A model generated the notes under the pieces. That model saw only the letters and a program-made list of their open reading frames with translations, was not told the DNA's origin and ran no database searches. A program made the translations under genes and the position numbers. Source: a virus. Taken from it: a stretch of DNA of 64,000 bases. The stretch lies in UHGV virus genome UHGV-0049167, one strand, 5' to 3'. Within the stretch, counting starts at the first letter, position 1. Every line of letters starts with the position of its first letter. Positions 1 through 10,065 of the stretch are shown here, piece after piece.

Positions 1-22
1 GATACGCGACGCGTCCCTTGCC

Positions 23-1144
23 GTGATAAGCCCCAAGACAATAAGCCTTTTCAAGAAAAAGGCGGCATCATTCATACAATATGATTTAACAGATACAGAT
101 ATGAGCAATCCGGAAAAGATAGAGCATGTGCTGCGTACGTTCGGCATACTCACGCAGGTGGCTCACGAGATGCAGGGTCATTCCTCGTGCACCTATCTGC
201 TTGAGGCGAGCGCGGGAGTGAAAATCAGCCAGATTTCGAAATACAGGCTCGATATAGCCAATGCCCTCAATGTGCCATCAGTGAGAATAGGTGACAACCT
301 CGTGGTTTACGAGGGCAAGTCATACCTTCCCGTCGAGGCTCCGGTAAAGGGCGGAGGCATCCTGTATTGGGACGTGAAATACCTTGAGGACAAGAACCGC
401 ATACCTCTCGGTGTGGACAATTTCGGAAATGTGATATGTTGGGACATCCACAATCATGCCACACCGCACATGCTTATATGCGGAGCCACAGGCAGCGGAA
501 AATCCGTAAGTATAATAAGTACTGTCGAATACGCCCTTGAGGCAGGCATTAATGACATAACGATATTCGACCCGAAATACGAGTTCTGCGGTTACGCCTC
601 GCGTCCCGGAGTCAAGGTCTACAATGAGATAGAGGACATAGAGGAGCAGATGCGGCTATGCGTCGAAGACATGCAGAGCCGTGCAAGAACCGGAGTCCAT
701 CAGCTTAAACTGATAGTGTTCGACGAGTTCGCGGATGCGGTGGCGTCGGCAAAGTCAGGTGCGGAGCTTGATATAAAGGAAATGGTCGAGGTCGGACAGC
801 GGAAGGGTGATTTCGGCATGCTTGTCCCAAAAATGGAACTGAGGACGACAGGAAGGCTCAAATCGCTCGAGGAGAACCTGAAAATGCTGTTGCAGAAGGG
901 ACGCTCGCTCGGCTTCCGCATAATCGCCGCGACGCAGCGTGCGTCCGCCAATGTCATAACAGGTGACGCGAAGGTTAACTTCCCTGTGCTTGTATGCTTC
1001 CGCGTGCCTAAAGAGATAGACTCGAAGGTCGTCCTTGACGAGCCTGGGGCGGAAACCCTTAATGGCAAGGGCGACGGACTGATAAAAAGTCCCGAATACT
1101 TCGGACTCGTACGTTTCCAAGGATTTTATAAACCAAACCCATAA
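23..1144 (+). CDS. FtsK/SpoIIIE-like P-loop ATPase; possibly 5'-truncated by the window edge
   Basis: 373-aa ORF starting at GTG with no in-frame stop upstream before position 1; Walker A GATGSGKS and Walker B-like LIVFDEF. Confidence 0.6.
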   Translation: MISPKTISLFKKKAASFIQYDLTDTDMSNPEKIEHVLRTFGILTQVAHEMQGHSSCTYLLEASAGVKISQISKYRLDIANALNVPSVRIGDNLVVYEGKSYLPVEAPVKGGGILYWDVKYLEDKNRIPLGVDNFGNVICWDIHNHATPHMLICGATGSGKSVSIISTVEYALEAGINDITIFDPKYEFCGYASRPGVKVYNEIEDIEEQMRLCVEDMQSRARTGVHQLKLIVFDEFADAVASAKSGAELDIKEMVEVGQRKGDFGMLVPKMELRTTGRLKSLEENLKMLLQKGRSLGFRIIAATQRASANVITGDAKVNFPVLVCFRVPKEIDSKVVLDEPGAETLNGKGDGLIKSPEYFGLVRFQGFYKPNP

Positions 1145-1146
1145 GT

Positions 1147-1557
1147 ATGGCAAACACGATAACAGGACGTGTCAGCAAGATAACGTCCGAACAGCAGATA
1201 ACGGGCATGTCGGGCAAGACGTTCACCAAGCGCACGCTTGTCCTCGACGCCTCGCGCTATGACCAGTATACAGGCGAGAAGAAATTCGACAACTATCCGA
1301 GTGTAGAGTTTTCAGGAGAGCTTATGAAAACCCTTGACAGCTTTAAGGAAGGCGATATGGTCGTGGTGTCGTTCGACATCAACGGCAGGGAGGTGAATGA
1401 CGCGCAGACCGGAGATGGCAGGTATTTCAACTCGATACGCGGCTACAGGATAGAGCGTTACGGGAACAGTGAGCGCACACAGGCACAGAGTACAGACAAC
1501 GACCCGCAGGATTCCCTGCATGAGCAAGGGGATGCGGAAGGACAATTACCATTTTAA
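1147..1557 (+). CDS. DUF3127-like small protein (OB-fold-like, conserved in Bacteroidales phages)
   Basis: 136 aa; pattern GMSGKTFTKRTLVLD...YPSVEF...VSFDINGRE...YFNSIRGYRIE resembles DUF3127 family as recalled from memory. Confidence 0.5.
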   Translation: MANTITGRVSKITSEQQITGMSGKTFTKRTLVLDASRYDQYTGEKKFDNYPSVEFSGELMKTLDSFKEGDMVVVSFDINGREVNDAQTGDGRYFNSIRGYRIERYGNSERTQAQSTDNDPQDSLHEQGDAEGQLPF

Positions 1558-1570
1558 AATCAACAACATC

Positions 1571-1981
1571 ATGTATTACGAAATTACAGACCGTGTGACC
1601 CGCATGAAAGATGACGGCACGGAAAAAGAGACAAATGAACGCTATATCACGGACTGCCTTACATTCGCGGAGGCTGAGCGGAAAGGGATGGAGATGTATT
1701 CCGATTACAATCTTGACGGTGACGTTGTGGCTATAAGACGTTCAAATATACGTGAAATCGTCAATGAGAATGAAGAAAAGGAATATTACTTCAGGGCAAC
1801 AATAGCAGACATCTCCGTTGACGAGCATGGAAATGAGAAAGAGCTTAAATATTATGTGCTCATCCGTGCCGACGACCTCTCCGAGGCTACTGCCAAGGCA
1901 AACGAATACATGCGTCAGGGCTTGCAGGATATGCGTCTTGACGGCATCGTAAAGACAAGAATACTTGAACTCTTAAAATAA
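1571..1981 (+). CDS. hypothetical protein
   Basis: ORF table 1469..1981; start moved to first ATG after upstream stop (MYYEITDRV...). Confidence 0.45.
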   Translation: MYYEITDRVTRMKDDGTEKETNERYITDCLTFAEAERKGMEMYSDYNLDGDVVAIRRSNIREIVNENEEKEYYFRATIADISVDEHGNEKELKYYVLIRADDLSEATAKANEYMRQGLQDMRLDGIVKTRILELLK

Positions 1982-1986
1982 CGACT

Positions 1987-2247
1987 ATGACACTGCAAGA
2001 AATCACCGAAACCATAAAGAAATGGCAGGAAGAAACTGGCAGCATATTTATCTTCCTTGCAAAAGATAACACGTCACCTGACGGCAAGAATATGATGTCC
2101 GCTTGCGTAGGTAAAGGCATTGATTTGTCATCCCTTATTGCTGCCGCCATGTCGGAGGACACCGATTTTGAAAGAATCTTCAAAATGGCGTTAACTGGAT
2201 ATGTACTTTACAACGCAACCAAACATTCATGCGGTTCGACGAACTGA
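1987..2247 (+). CDS. hypothetical protein
   Basis: 86-aa ORF, same strand, tightly packed with neighbours. Confidence 0.4.
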   Translation: MTLQEITETIKKWQEETGSIFIFLAKDNTSPDGKNMMSACVGKGIDLSSLIAAAMSEDTDFERIFKMALTGYVLYNATKHSCGSTN

Positions 2248-2630
2248 AACGCCTATACACCGCGCCACGCACATACCGACCGCAGCATCACCACGAGGAC
2301 AGCTTGCAGAAGGCGTGCGTGGCGTGGTTCGACTACACGCACAAGGACATAAGCCTTTACTTGCACCACTCGCCCAACGGCGGCTTCCACAACGCGAGCG
2401 AGGCGGCGAAATTCAAGGCGATGGGCGTGCGTGCCGGTTTCCCTGACCTCGTGCTGCTCGTGCCGAGAGGAAAATGTCCGTTCCTTGCCATAGAATTGAA
2501 ATACGGCAGGAACAGACAGTCAGAGCGGCAGAAAGCCTACCAGGAGGCTCTGGAGGCAATCGGAGCGAGGTACGTGGTAGTGAGGACTCTGATAGAGTTC
2601 CGTAAAACAGTTGAGGACTATTTGGAATGA
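2229..2630 (+). CDS. VRR-NUC domain nuclease
   Basis: 133 aa; FPDLVLLVP...FLAIELKYGRN matches the PD-(D/E)xK core of VRR-NUC proteins. Confidence 0.6.
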   Translation: MRFDELKRLYTAPRTYRPQHHHEDSLQKACVAWFDYTHKDISLYLHHSPNGGFHNASEAAKFKAMGVRAGFPDLVLLVPRGKCPFLAIELKYGRNRQSERQKAYQEALEAIGARYVVVRTLIEFRKTVEDYLE

Positions 2631-2631
2631 C

Positions 2632-3462
2632 ATGATGGACGAAGGATATATAACACTGAGCCGTCGTTTCTTCGCAAGCGAGATATGGAGGACGACCCGG
2701 GCTTTTAACGAGAGCGAAGCGTGGCTCGACTTGATACAGTCGGCACGATTTGAGCCATCGGCGATAACATCGCGCATCGGGTGCTACGAAGTTACGTGGA
2801 CGAGGGGACAATATCCTGCATCCGTAAAGTTCCTCACAAAGAAATGGGGACGTTCCGAAAGGTGGGTGAAATCGTTTCTCGGAAAACTTCGCCGCGCCAA
2901 GATGATAACCACTGACGCGGCGCAGGGGACTACCGTCATAACGCTTGTAAATTTTGACAGATATAACCCTATGCCAAGCCTGCCAGAAGAGGGCGGGCGA
3001 CCTAACCCTGTGACCCAACTAAGCGAACTGACAGACAGTGGGTTACGTGGAATTGCGTCTAACCCCCTGACCCAACCCCGTCCAACCCCCGACCTACAAA
3101 AAAAAGAAAGATATAATATGCTTGAAGATAATAATGCGCGTATGCGTGTGCGCGAGGAAAGCTACGCCGATGAAGTCATGTCGTCACCCCAATGGATTGA
3201 GGACATGCAAAGGCTCTACAGAATACCTCCCGACATGCTCCGAGCCAAGTGCGACGAGTTCATGCTCGACTGCCGGTGCTATGGGCATACACACACAGAC
3301 GCCGACGACTTCAAGCGGCATTTCAACAACTGGCTGCGCGGCAGGCGTGACAGGGATTTAAAAAAACAGAAAGATGCAGACAATACCAAAGGACATGAAG
3401 ATAGACGTCGCGGCTATGAAATCGCGGCTTCTGATGAGAAGGACTACTGCTCCACGTTTTAA
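2632..3462 (+). CDS. putative replication initiation / replisome organizer protein
   Basis: ORF table 2611 is a TTG; first ATG at 2632 directly follows the upstream stop; sits immediately upstream of the DnaC-like loader; no diagnostic motif seen. Confidence 0.35.
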   Translation: MMDEGYITLSRRFFASEIWRTTRAFNESEAWLDLIQSARFEPSAITSRIGCYEVTWTRGQYPASVKFLTKKWGRSERWVKSFLGKLRRAKMITTDAAQGTTVITLVNFDRYNPMPSLPEEGGRPNPVTQLSELTDSGLRGIASNPLTQPRPTPDLQKKERYNMLEDNNARMRVREESYADEVMSSPQWIEDMQRLYRIPPDMLRAKCDEFMLDCRCYGHTHTDADDFKRHFNNWLRGRRDRDLKKQKDADNTKGHEDRRRGYEIAASDEKDYCSTF

Positions 3463-4024
3463 GCTGGACGTCACCACGCGGCAGGCATATGACCTGATTA
3501 CGGCGGCGTATTCAGCCGAAGTGGAGGCACGTAACGGAAAGTTCATCCTTGATGAGCATACAAAAACGCACGTGTGGTATGCGGCTAAGGCTCTGACCAC
3601 GACGGACAAGTTCGGCATAGCCTTCTGCGGCGAGGTGGGCAACGGCAAGACGACGCTAATGTCGGCAATATGCAACCTCACGTCATACCTCATGGGCAAT
3701 GAGGACAGACACTTCAGGAAAATCAAGGCGACAGATATTGCGACGGTTTATGCAAACCGCAGTGATTTCAAGATTCTGTGCAACGATGAGTTCCTTGCCA
3801 TTGATGACATCGGCTGCGAACCGGCGGAAGTTATGTCGTACGGAAACATACTCACACCAACGGTGGAATTGCTTATGGCACGCTACGACATGCAGCTGTA
3901 CACGATGTTCACCACCAACATCATGCCGAAGAAGATAAAGGACCGTTACGGAGAACGGATAGCGGACAGGCTGCGTGAGATGATGTATATTATACCGTTT
4001 ACAAATCAGACGTACCGCCTATGA
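3374..4024 (+). CDS. DnaC/IstB-like AAA+ ATPase (helicase loader)
   Basis: Walker A GEVGNGKTT, Walker B LAIDDIG; start uncertain (89-nt overlap with upstream ORF, internal ATGs at 3395/3416/3434). Confidence 0.6.
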   Translation: MQTIPKDMKIDVAAMKSRLLMRRTTAPRFKLDVTTRQAYDLITAAYSAEVEARNGKFILDEHTKTHVWYAAKALTTTDKFGIAFCGEVGNGKTTLMSAICNLTSYLMGNEDRHFRKIKATDIATVYANRSDFKILCNDEFLAIDDIGCEPAEVMSYGNILTPTVELLMARYDMQLYTMFTTNIMPKKIKDRYGERIADRLREMMYIIPFTNQTYRL

Positions 4025-4251
4025 AGGAAAGTGAAATACGGAAGCTCCGTTCTTTCATGACACATGCGGAGAGTGTCTTTTCCGCATTGTCGAAATACAA
4101 TACGTGTGACCTTGTCTCCATATTGGGACTACGTGCCTATAATGCATGGCGTATAGCACGCTACAAGGAACTGCCGCAAGTGCGCGGATATCTCAAAAAG
4201 AAACAAGAACATGAAAGTCTTAACACAAAACCTATTGAAGACGATGATTAA
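4021..4251 (+). CDS. hypothetical protein
   Basis: 76 aa, ATGA start/stop overlap with DnaC-like gene. Confidence 0.4.
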   Translation: MKESEIRKLRSFMTHAESVFSALSKYNTCDLVSILGLRAYNAWRIARYKELPQVRGYLKKKQEHESLNTKPIEDDD

Positions 4252-4325
4252 TACACATGCTTCATTATTCAGCGGCATCGGCGGAGCCGAGATAGCCGCA
4301 GACAAACGTATCAAACAAAATTTGT

Positions 4326-4838
4326 ATGGAAGAGATTTGGAAAGAAATTCCAGGTTACGAAGGACTTTATCAAGTCAGCAATCTTGGAAATGTACAAAGA
4401 ATAAACGCATCCAATAGGCCATATCTTAATGGGCTTTTAAAACAATGGACAACGAAGGATGGTTATAAAATGGTTTCATTAAGAAATGCAAAAGGGAAAC
4501 GGAAAGGTTTTCTTGTGCATCGGCTTGTGGCTATTTCTTTTGTCAATGGATATAATATTGATTTACAAGTTAATCATAAAAATGAAATAAAATCAGATAA
4601 TCGCGCGGATAATTTAGAATGGGTTACTTGCATGGAAAATCTAAATTATGGCACACGAATACCCCGTGTAGCATTGTCATTAGGCAAGCCTGTTGTTTCT
4701 GTTAAAAATTTGATTTTTGAAAAATATCCAAGCATTAAAGAAGCATCGAGAGTAACAGGCGTGTCGTCTGCTAATATACTTGCTGTACTGAAAGGCAAAC
4801 GCAAACACGCAGGCGGATATGTTTGGTATTACTTGTAG
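4326..4838 (+). CDS. HNH homing endonuclease (NUMOD4 + HNH_3-like)
   Basis: N-terminal EIPGYEGLYQVSNLGNV (NUMOD4-type) followed by HRLVA...VNHKN...NLEW (HNH core); AT-rich gene within a GC-richer module. Confidence 0.7.
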   Translation: MEEIWKEIPGYEGLYQVSNLGNVQRINASNRPYLNGLLKQWTTKDGYKMVSLRNAKGKRKGFLVHRLVAISFVNGYNIDLQVNHKNEIKSDNRADNLEWVTCMENLNYGTRIPRVALSLGKPVVSVKNLIFEKYPSIKEASRVTGVSSANILAVLKGKRKHAGGYVWYYL

Positions 4839-5105
4839 CATATAGCCAGCTGTGGCATACGAGATATTCCGCGCGATAGCGCAAGTAGAAAACGAAAACC
4901 AGGAATCAATATGAAAATCACAATTTATTGGGCAACGGAGAACGCCCGCATAATAGACAATATCCGGCAGCGGTTCGGCATCGTAGAAGGCATGACGGTA
5001 AACGGAGAGAATATCGTCACCGTTACGGATGACGGACTTGCCGAACTGAGAAAATACGAAGCCGACGGCTTCATACAGTTGCGTAACAAATGAAAATTCA
5101 AAACT

Positions 5106-5741
5106 ATGAAAAAAGAGACAGAAACGATTCATGGCTATAAAGGTTTTGACAAAGACCTGAAGTGCCGCGGCTTCCAGTACGAAACCGGCAAGGAGTATTC
5201 AACAGATAAGGCTGTCGCCTGTAATACCGGCTTCCACTATTGTGAGAATCCGATGGATGTGCTAGGATTTTATCCACCGTGCGATGGTTCAGGAAACCCC
5301 AACAGATTCTGTGAGGTGGAAGGCTCCGGTGATTTTGACAAGTCAAAAAGCGACAAACTCTGCTGTACGCATTTGAAAGTCAAGGCAGAGATAGGTCTGA
5401 ACGGTCTTATAAAAGCAGGTGTGCAATTCATATTAAGCCGTGTAAAATGGAAAGACGACAAGGATACCAACACGGGCGACAGGTCAGCCGCCACCAACAC
5501 GGGGAACATGTCAGCCGCAAGTGTTGATGGTAAGGATTCTGTTGCCATAGTGACAGGCAAGGACAGCAAGGCGAAAGGTGCTCTCGGCTGCTGGATAGTC
5601 CTTACGGAACGTGACAGTTGGAACGGTAAAACGTACCCTATAAAGGAGGTCAAGGCGTTCAAGGTAGACGGAGAGACAATAAAGTCCAACACTTGGTATA
5701 AGTTAGTCGACGGTGAGCCTATAGAAGTGAAGGAGGACTGA
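5106..5741 (+). CDS. hypothetical protein
   Basis: 211-aa ORF; N-terminal GYKGFDKDLKCRGFQYE...GFHYCENPMDV signature of a conserved phage family of unknown function. Confidence 0.45.
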   Translation: MKKETETIHGYKGFDKDLKCRGFQYETGKEYSTDKAVACNTGFHYCENPMDVLGFYPPCDGSGNPNRFCEVEGSGDFDKSKSDKLCCTHLKVKAEIGLNGLIKAGVQFILSRVKWKDDKDTNTGDRSAATNTGNMSAASVDGKDSVAIVTGKDSKAKGALGCWIVLTERDSWNGKTYPIKEVKAFKVDGETIKSNTWYKLVDGEPIEVKED

Positions 5742-5905
5742 TTGGCATGACACATACAGTACACTCATCGTCTTCCTTGTGGCTCGTTAAGCTGGCGGCA
5801 TCGTTCGACTTCTGCGACAGGGATGAGAAGCAGATGGTCTACCGAGTCCTTATATCCGCGTGGAAGTGGGGTAGGGATAGTTAGTTAATGTAAATTAAAA
5901 GAATA

Positions 5906-6472
5906 GTGAAAATGAAAAAGACATACAGGATTACGCTGCCGAAAGGCGCGAGAGTGGGAACAATTGACGCTAAAGTTGACAACGGTACACTCAATGTCAC
6001 CGTTGGACTGAGAAAGGGATACATACCGATAGACGGTGAAATAGTTGTTAACGGCATGGATACAATCGCCATCTATGCCGGGACTAATAAGACTGGAGGC
6101 ATTATGACTTACGCAGCACTTCACGGGCAACGTCTTCAAACGGTTGTCAGCGAGGAAGGTTGGGGATATACCTACGATTACCACCCCGCCACCGATGCCG
6201 AGAAGCGACGCCTTTTCGACGCGCTCGCCAAACAGGGCAAGCGGTGGAACGCCGAGAAGAAGTGCATTGAAGACTTGCCGAGGTGGAGGGCGGTTTGTAG
6301 TGGCCTGTATTACATAGTTGATACGGATTTTTTTATCCGTGAAATGAAGGAAAAAGGCGAAAGAACAGACTGCGCATTATATAATGCTGGCAACTACTTC
6401 CGCACCCGTGAGGCAGCCGAAAAGGTAGCCTCGCAGATACGTGACATATTCAAGAACTCAAAGGCTGAATAG
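5906..6472 (+). CDS. hypothetical protein
   Basis: 188-aa ORF. Confidence 0.45.
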   Translation: MKMKKTYRITLPKGARVGTIDAKVDNGTLNVTVGLRKGYIPIDGEIVVNGMDTIAIYAGTNKTGGIMTYAALHGQRLQTVVSEEGWGYTYDYHPATDAEKRRLFDALAKQGKRWNAEKKCIEDLPRWRAVCSGLYYIVDTDFFIREMKEKGERTDCALYNAGNYFRTREAAEKVASQIRDIFKNSKAE

Positions 6473-6474
6473 GT

Positions 6475-7326
6475 ATGGAACGGGAAATAGGAGAGATATT
6501 CGAGTACCGTGGCGAGTGGTATCAATGCATCGGGGCTCAAAAAAACGAAACAGGTAATTTGTGCAAACACTGTGATATGCGCTGTTCTCTTATAAGAAAA
6601 TTCAAGGCATCTGAATGTCGTGCGGATTATCGTTCTGACTGTAGATACGTCATCTTCAAGAAGCTTGAGCATGTAGGCGACCCTTACCCGTTATACGACC
6701 ACATCGTGCAGCGTTACGCAGGAGTGAAATTCCCCGTTGTCCTGACCGGAAAGCGGTTCATCAACTGCAACGCGTTCAACAACACCGTTGACATCGAAGT
6801 TGAACAAGACAAAACAAACAAAGAAGATATGGAAACAAACGAAAAGACAATTACAGTCCCTGAAGGCTGGGAGTTCGACCACCTGGACGAACGAGGCAAC
6901 ATCGTGCTGAAAGAGAAGAAGAAAGAGCTGCCCAAGACGTGGCTGAAATGCCTGTGTAGCATCAATGACGTGGAATTGATAGAAGAAGATAGCGAAGTTT
7001 ATAAATGCCTTATAAGTGAATTGTCCGATGACGGGCGACTGTTTGGCGATAGCGACAGAAACATGTTGCCGCAAGGTCTCGGCAAGTCCATGCTCGCCCT
7101 CTGCCAGCTTCTCGTCTGCCGCAACGCCTGGTGGAAGCAATTGGGGTGGAAGCCTTATTGGACGGATGATAAAATGAAATATTGCATTAGTTACAAAGCA
7201 AATAAGAAAGAAAAGAACTCTTATTGGACGGTGAGCCGGATATTGGCTTTCCCCACCCCCGAAGTCCGCGACCAGTTCTTAGACACATTTGGTGACCTGA
7301 TTGAAGAAGCAAAGGATCTGCTATGA
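6475..7326 (+). CDS. hypothetical Cys-rich protein
   Basis: 283-aa ORF with multiple Cys pairs (CKHCDMRC...). Confidence 0.45.
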   Translation: MEREIGEIFEYRGEWYQCIGAQKNETGNLCKHCDMRCSLIRKFKASECRADYRSDCRYVIFKKLEHVGDPYPLYDHIVQRYAGVKFPVVLTGKRFINCNAFNNTVDIEVEQDKTNKEDMETNEKTITVPEGWEFDHLDERGNIVLKEKKKELPKTWLKCLCSINDVELIEEDSEVYKCLISELSDDGRLFGDSDRNMLPQGLGKSMLALCQLLVCRNAWWKQLGWKPYWTDDKMKYCISYKANKKEKNSYWTVSRILAFPTPEVRDQFLDTFGDLIEEAKDLL

Positions 7327-7529
7327 GTGATTTATTTAGCAATGCTGACACCATTCAGCCGCAAGAATCAACCTTAGAAACGTGCCGCACTTGTATTCAC
7401 CGCCAGCGGTGGGAGTGTGGTAGCAAGGTAATATCCTACTGCCGTGTGCGTAAGAGTAACCGCACTTTCAATGGATTACAGAAAGTGAAGTGCAACCAAC
7501 AGGCGTGTAGCCAATATGTAAAGATATGA
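7323..7529 (+). CDS. hypothetical Cys-rich small protein
   Basis: 68 aa, ATGA overlap with upstream gene. Confidence 0.35.
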   Translation: MSDLFSNADTIQPQESTLETCRTCIHRQRWECGSKVISYCRVRKSNRTFNGLQKVKCNQQACSQYVKI

Positions 7530-7807
7530 AAAGAAGTGAATATAAAGTGGGTGAGTTCCTATATGGAATTCCAACAAGTGAAGAATCTGCGAAATACCAC
7601 CCCGAAAATCAAAGGGTATTCATCCATAACGGATATGTAGATGGTGACGGATACGGCATTTTGATTGGATGGAATGACGGTATAATCAAGAAAAGTACGG
7701 GATGGGGAAACTTCTGTTGGGGTGCGAATGTAAGGAAAGCCACAGATGAAGAAAAGGAGTCTTTTATGAAAGCTTTAATGAATCAAGATGTAATAAGATA
7801 TTACTGA
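7526..7807 (+). CDS. hypothetical protein
   Basis: 93 aa, ATGA overlap with upstream gene. Confidence 0.4.
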   Translation: MKRSEYKVGEFLYGIPTSEESAKYHPENQRVFIHNGYVDGDGYGILIGWNDGIIKKSTGWGNFCWGANVRKATDEEKESFMKALMNQDVIRYY

Positions 7808-7809
7808 TT

Positions 7810-8010
7810 ATGAAACAGAAAGTGACGATGTACCAAGCCGTGTGCGACGGGTGCGGAAGTAAGCATGGCTATGAATTTAGTGAAGGTATGGCAAGGTATA
7901 TGGCGAAGATGTGCGATTGGGAAGAAATCGACGGCAAACTCTACTGCCCCGACTGCGTGGAGTGGGACGAAGAAACCGATAGTTACAAACCTAAAAAGGA
8001 GAAATTATGA
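7810..8010 (+). CDS. hypothetical zinc-ribbon-like protein
   Basis: 66 aa with CDGCGS...CPDC. Confidence 0.4.
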   Translation: MKQKVTMYQAVCDGCGSKHGYEFSEGMARYMAKMCDWEEIDGKLYCPDCVEWDEETDSYKPKKEKL

Positions 8011-8222
8011 ACATAGAAACCGTTAATTTAGTGTTGGAAATTGTAAAGTTAAAAAATCAATTAGATGACTTGCTAAGTGTTTTTGAATTATAATACCCCT
8101 ACCAAAATTACAATTACAAATGATACCGGTATTAGCAGGTCATTTGATGTTGAAATGATAACAGAGCTGAAATCGTATGCTTATGCAAGGGATAAAGAAT
8201 TAGATAAAAAACTTGAAGAATT

Positions 8223-8408
8223 ATGAAGAGCATTTGGATAGCGAGAGATATGTTTGGCGACCTATGCATCTCATCCGAAAAGCCCGTTAGGAACAATGGA
8301 TGTTGGGAGATATGTGATGGTATAGAGATATCAGACTCTGATTGGTTTCCCGACCTCACATGGGATAGCGAGCCAATCGAGTTGGTAATAAAAGAAAAGG
8401 AGGAATAA
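8223..8408 (+). CDS. hypothetical protein
   Basis: 61-aa ORF in AT-rich stretch. Confidence 0.3.
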   Translation: MKSIWIARDMFGDLCISSEKPVRNNGCWEICDGIEISDSDWFPDLTWDSEPIELVIKEKEE

Positions 8409-8419
8409 AAATTGCTTGG

Positions 8420-8608
8420 TTGGCAAAATGTATAGATGAAACTGAATACATCTTTGATAGAGAACCTTATAAAGAGGAAGGTTATTGGTATAATCCTCGT
8501 AGATGGGATGGTGGTACAATTAAGCTGCCAAAAGGAACTATTGAGAAGATTATTGGTAAAGAGTTTAAATGGAATGATAACCCTGTAGAAATAAAAGAGG
8601 ACAAATAA
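8420..8608 (+). CDS. hypothetical protein
   Basis: 62-aa ORF. Confidence 0.3.
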   Translation: MAKCIDETEYIFDREPYKEEGYWYNPRRWDGGTIKLPKGTIEKIIGKEFKWNDNPVEIKEDK

Positions 8609-8913
8609 TGAAATACAGAAAGAAACCGGTTGTTATCGAAGCCGTGCAGTGGGCTGGCAATAACGAAGAAGATATAAAACGCTTTGCACCTGTTGCGGCG
8701 GTGTTCAAGTACATCGTGAGCAACGACAAAAGCACGTCATTGTGCATGGAGAAACCGCAGAGCGGATATATTGAAGCCGTGACATTGGAAATAAACACCT
8801 TGGAGGGCGTGATGCAAGCCTCACTCGGCGATTACATCATCCGTGGCGTGAACGGCGAGTATTACCCATGCAAGCCCGACATCTTCGAGAAAACATATGA
8901 AAAAGCGGAATGA
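8608..8913 (+). CDS. hypothetical protein
   Basis: 101-aa ORF. Confidence 0.4.
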   Translation: MKYRKKPVVIEAVQWAGNNEEDIKRFAPVAAVFKYIVSNDKSTSLCMEKPQSGYIEAVTLEINTLEGVMQASLGDYIIRGVNGEYYPCKPDIFEKTYEKAE

Positions 8914-8915
8914 TA

Positions 8916-9074
8916 ATGAGCAGGAATGAGATAATAATCCTCGTCGGCGTGCTATGTGTGTCGGTTGCCGTATGGCTTATGTATGACTTCGCCTGCTCCT
9001 TGATGACATTTGGCTTGTCTGCAATCCTTTACGGCATTGCAAAAGCCGCAATGCTACGAATGGAGGACACATGA
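8916..9074 (+). CDS. small hydrophobic protein (not in ORF track, under 60 aa)
   Basis: ATG at 8916, 52 codons, MSRNEIIILVGVLCVSVAVWLMYDF... hydrophobic; stop overlaps next start as ATGA. Confidence 0.3.
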   Translation: MSRNEIIILVGVLCVSVAVWLMYDFACSLMTFGLSAILYGIAKAAMLRMEDT

Positions 9075-9208
9075 CCGACTTTGAGCGTGAGGCGTACCAC
9101 AATGAGATTGACTTCCTGCAAGCCGAGGTCGACAGGTACCGCCAGCAGAACAAACAACTGATGGAATTTATATTCAAACTTAAAAACAGAAATAGAAATG
9201 GGATGTGA
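9071..9208 (+). CDS. small coiled-coil protein (not in ORF track, under 60 aa)
   Basis: ATG at 9071, 45 codons (MTDFEREAYHNEIDFLQAEVDRYRQQ...), fills the gap to the next gene. Confidence 0.3.
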   Translation: MTDFEREAYHNEIDFLQAEVDRYRQQNKQLMEFIFKLKNRNRNGM

Positions 9209-9770
9209 CATACATTTACGCCTTGAAAAAAGACTCAAAAAAGAAAAGGTGTGGAACAGATACTACACAGAGAAATGCGAGTGGCAAAATTGCGGAATAA
9301 TCCCTTTTGACAGAACTTGGGGTGACCGGATATATGGTATGTTCGCTGTTTTGGCAAACGTGCGCAATCGATGGAATATCGAGCATATTCCCATACGTGG
9401 ATTGCCGGATGACATCTGCCCTGCCACCTTGGAATGTTATGGTAAACCAATAAAGGATGAAATCAAAGACGCTTATGAAGACGAGAACTTTTATCTTACT
9501 TCCAAAGCAGAAGATTGGGTGAAAGACGGATTGAGCAGATATTACGTAGTGAGAGGGCGCAAGTTCTGCTCTTGCCCAGATTTCCATAGCGCGAACTGGT
9601 GTACGACGCGTGAAATGGAAGATTGCATAAACAAGGTGTTCAAAGACGAAAAAGGAAACTTCAAACCGGAGGCAGAGCCTTATGAATGGCTTGCCCTGCT
9701 CGGCGCGATGAAAGGTTATGAAAGCACCGGCGAATATGAGTGCAGGGCTATTTTTTTGTTTGACAATTAA
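9198..9770 (+). CDS. hypothetical protein
   Basis: 190-aa ORF. Confidence 0.45.
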   Translation: MGCDIHLRLEKRLKKEKVWNRYYTEKCEWQNCGIIPFDRTWGDRIYGMFAVLANVRNRWNIEHIPIRGLPDDICPATLECYGKPIKDEIKDAYEDENFYLTSKAEDWVKDGLSRYYVVRGRKFCSCPDFHSANWCTTREMEDCINKVFKDEKGNFKPEAEPYEWLALLGAMKGYESTGEYECRAIFLFDN

Positions 9771-9783
9771 AAGATTACGTAAA

Positions 9784-10008
9784 ATGGAACAAGACAACGT
9801 TATCGCAAAGGAATGCTCGCACTGCCACCGCACGTTGCCCGTCACGGAGTTCTACAAGAAGAAAGGCACGTCCGACGGTCTGCAATACTACTGCAAGCAG
9901 TGTCAAATTGAGTTTAACAACGCCTACAAATGCAAGAAGAAGGCTTTCGGGGGGGGGGAATCCCGAACTCTCACGCTTCACGCCACGTCAGCTTATGGAG
10001 GAACTTAA
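9784..10008 (+). CDS. zinc-ribbon-like protein interrupted at a G10 tract; the shifted frame stays open to 10069
   Basis: ATG at 9784 (MEQDNVIAKECSHCHR...YYCKQCQ); after the G10 run at 9949..9958 the other frame reads NPELSRFTPRQLMEELKARGYTGELKYVQTINLERL and stops at 10067..10069, overlapping the next ATG. Confidence 0.45.
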   Translation: MEQDNVIAKECSHCHRTLPVTEFYKKKGTSDGLQYYCKQCQIEFNNAYKCKKKAFGGGESRTLTLHATSAYGGT

Positions 10009-10065
10009 AGCCCGCGGCTATACTGGAGAACTGAAATATGTACAAACAATAAATCTTGAAAGATT

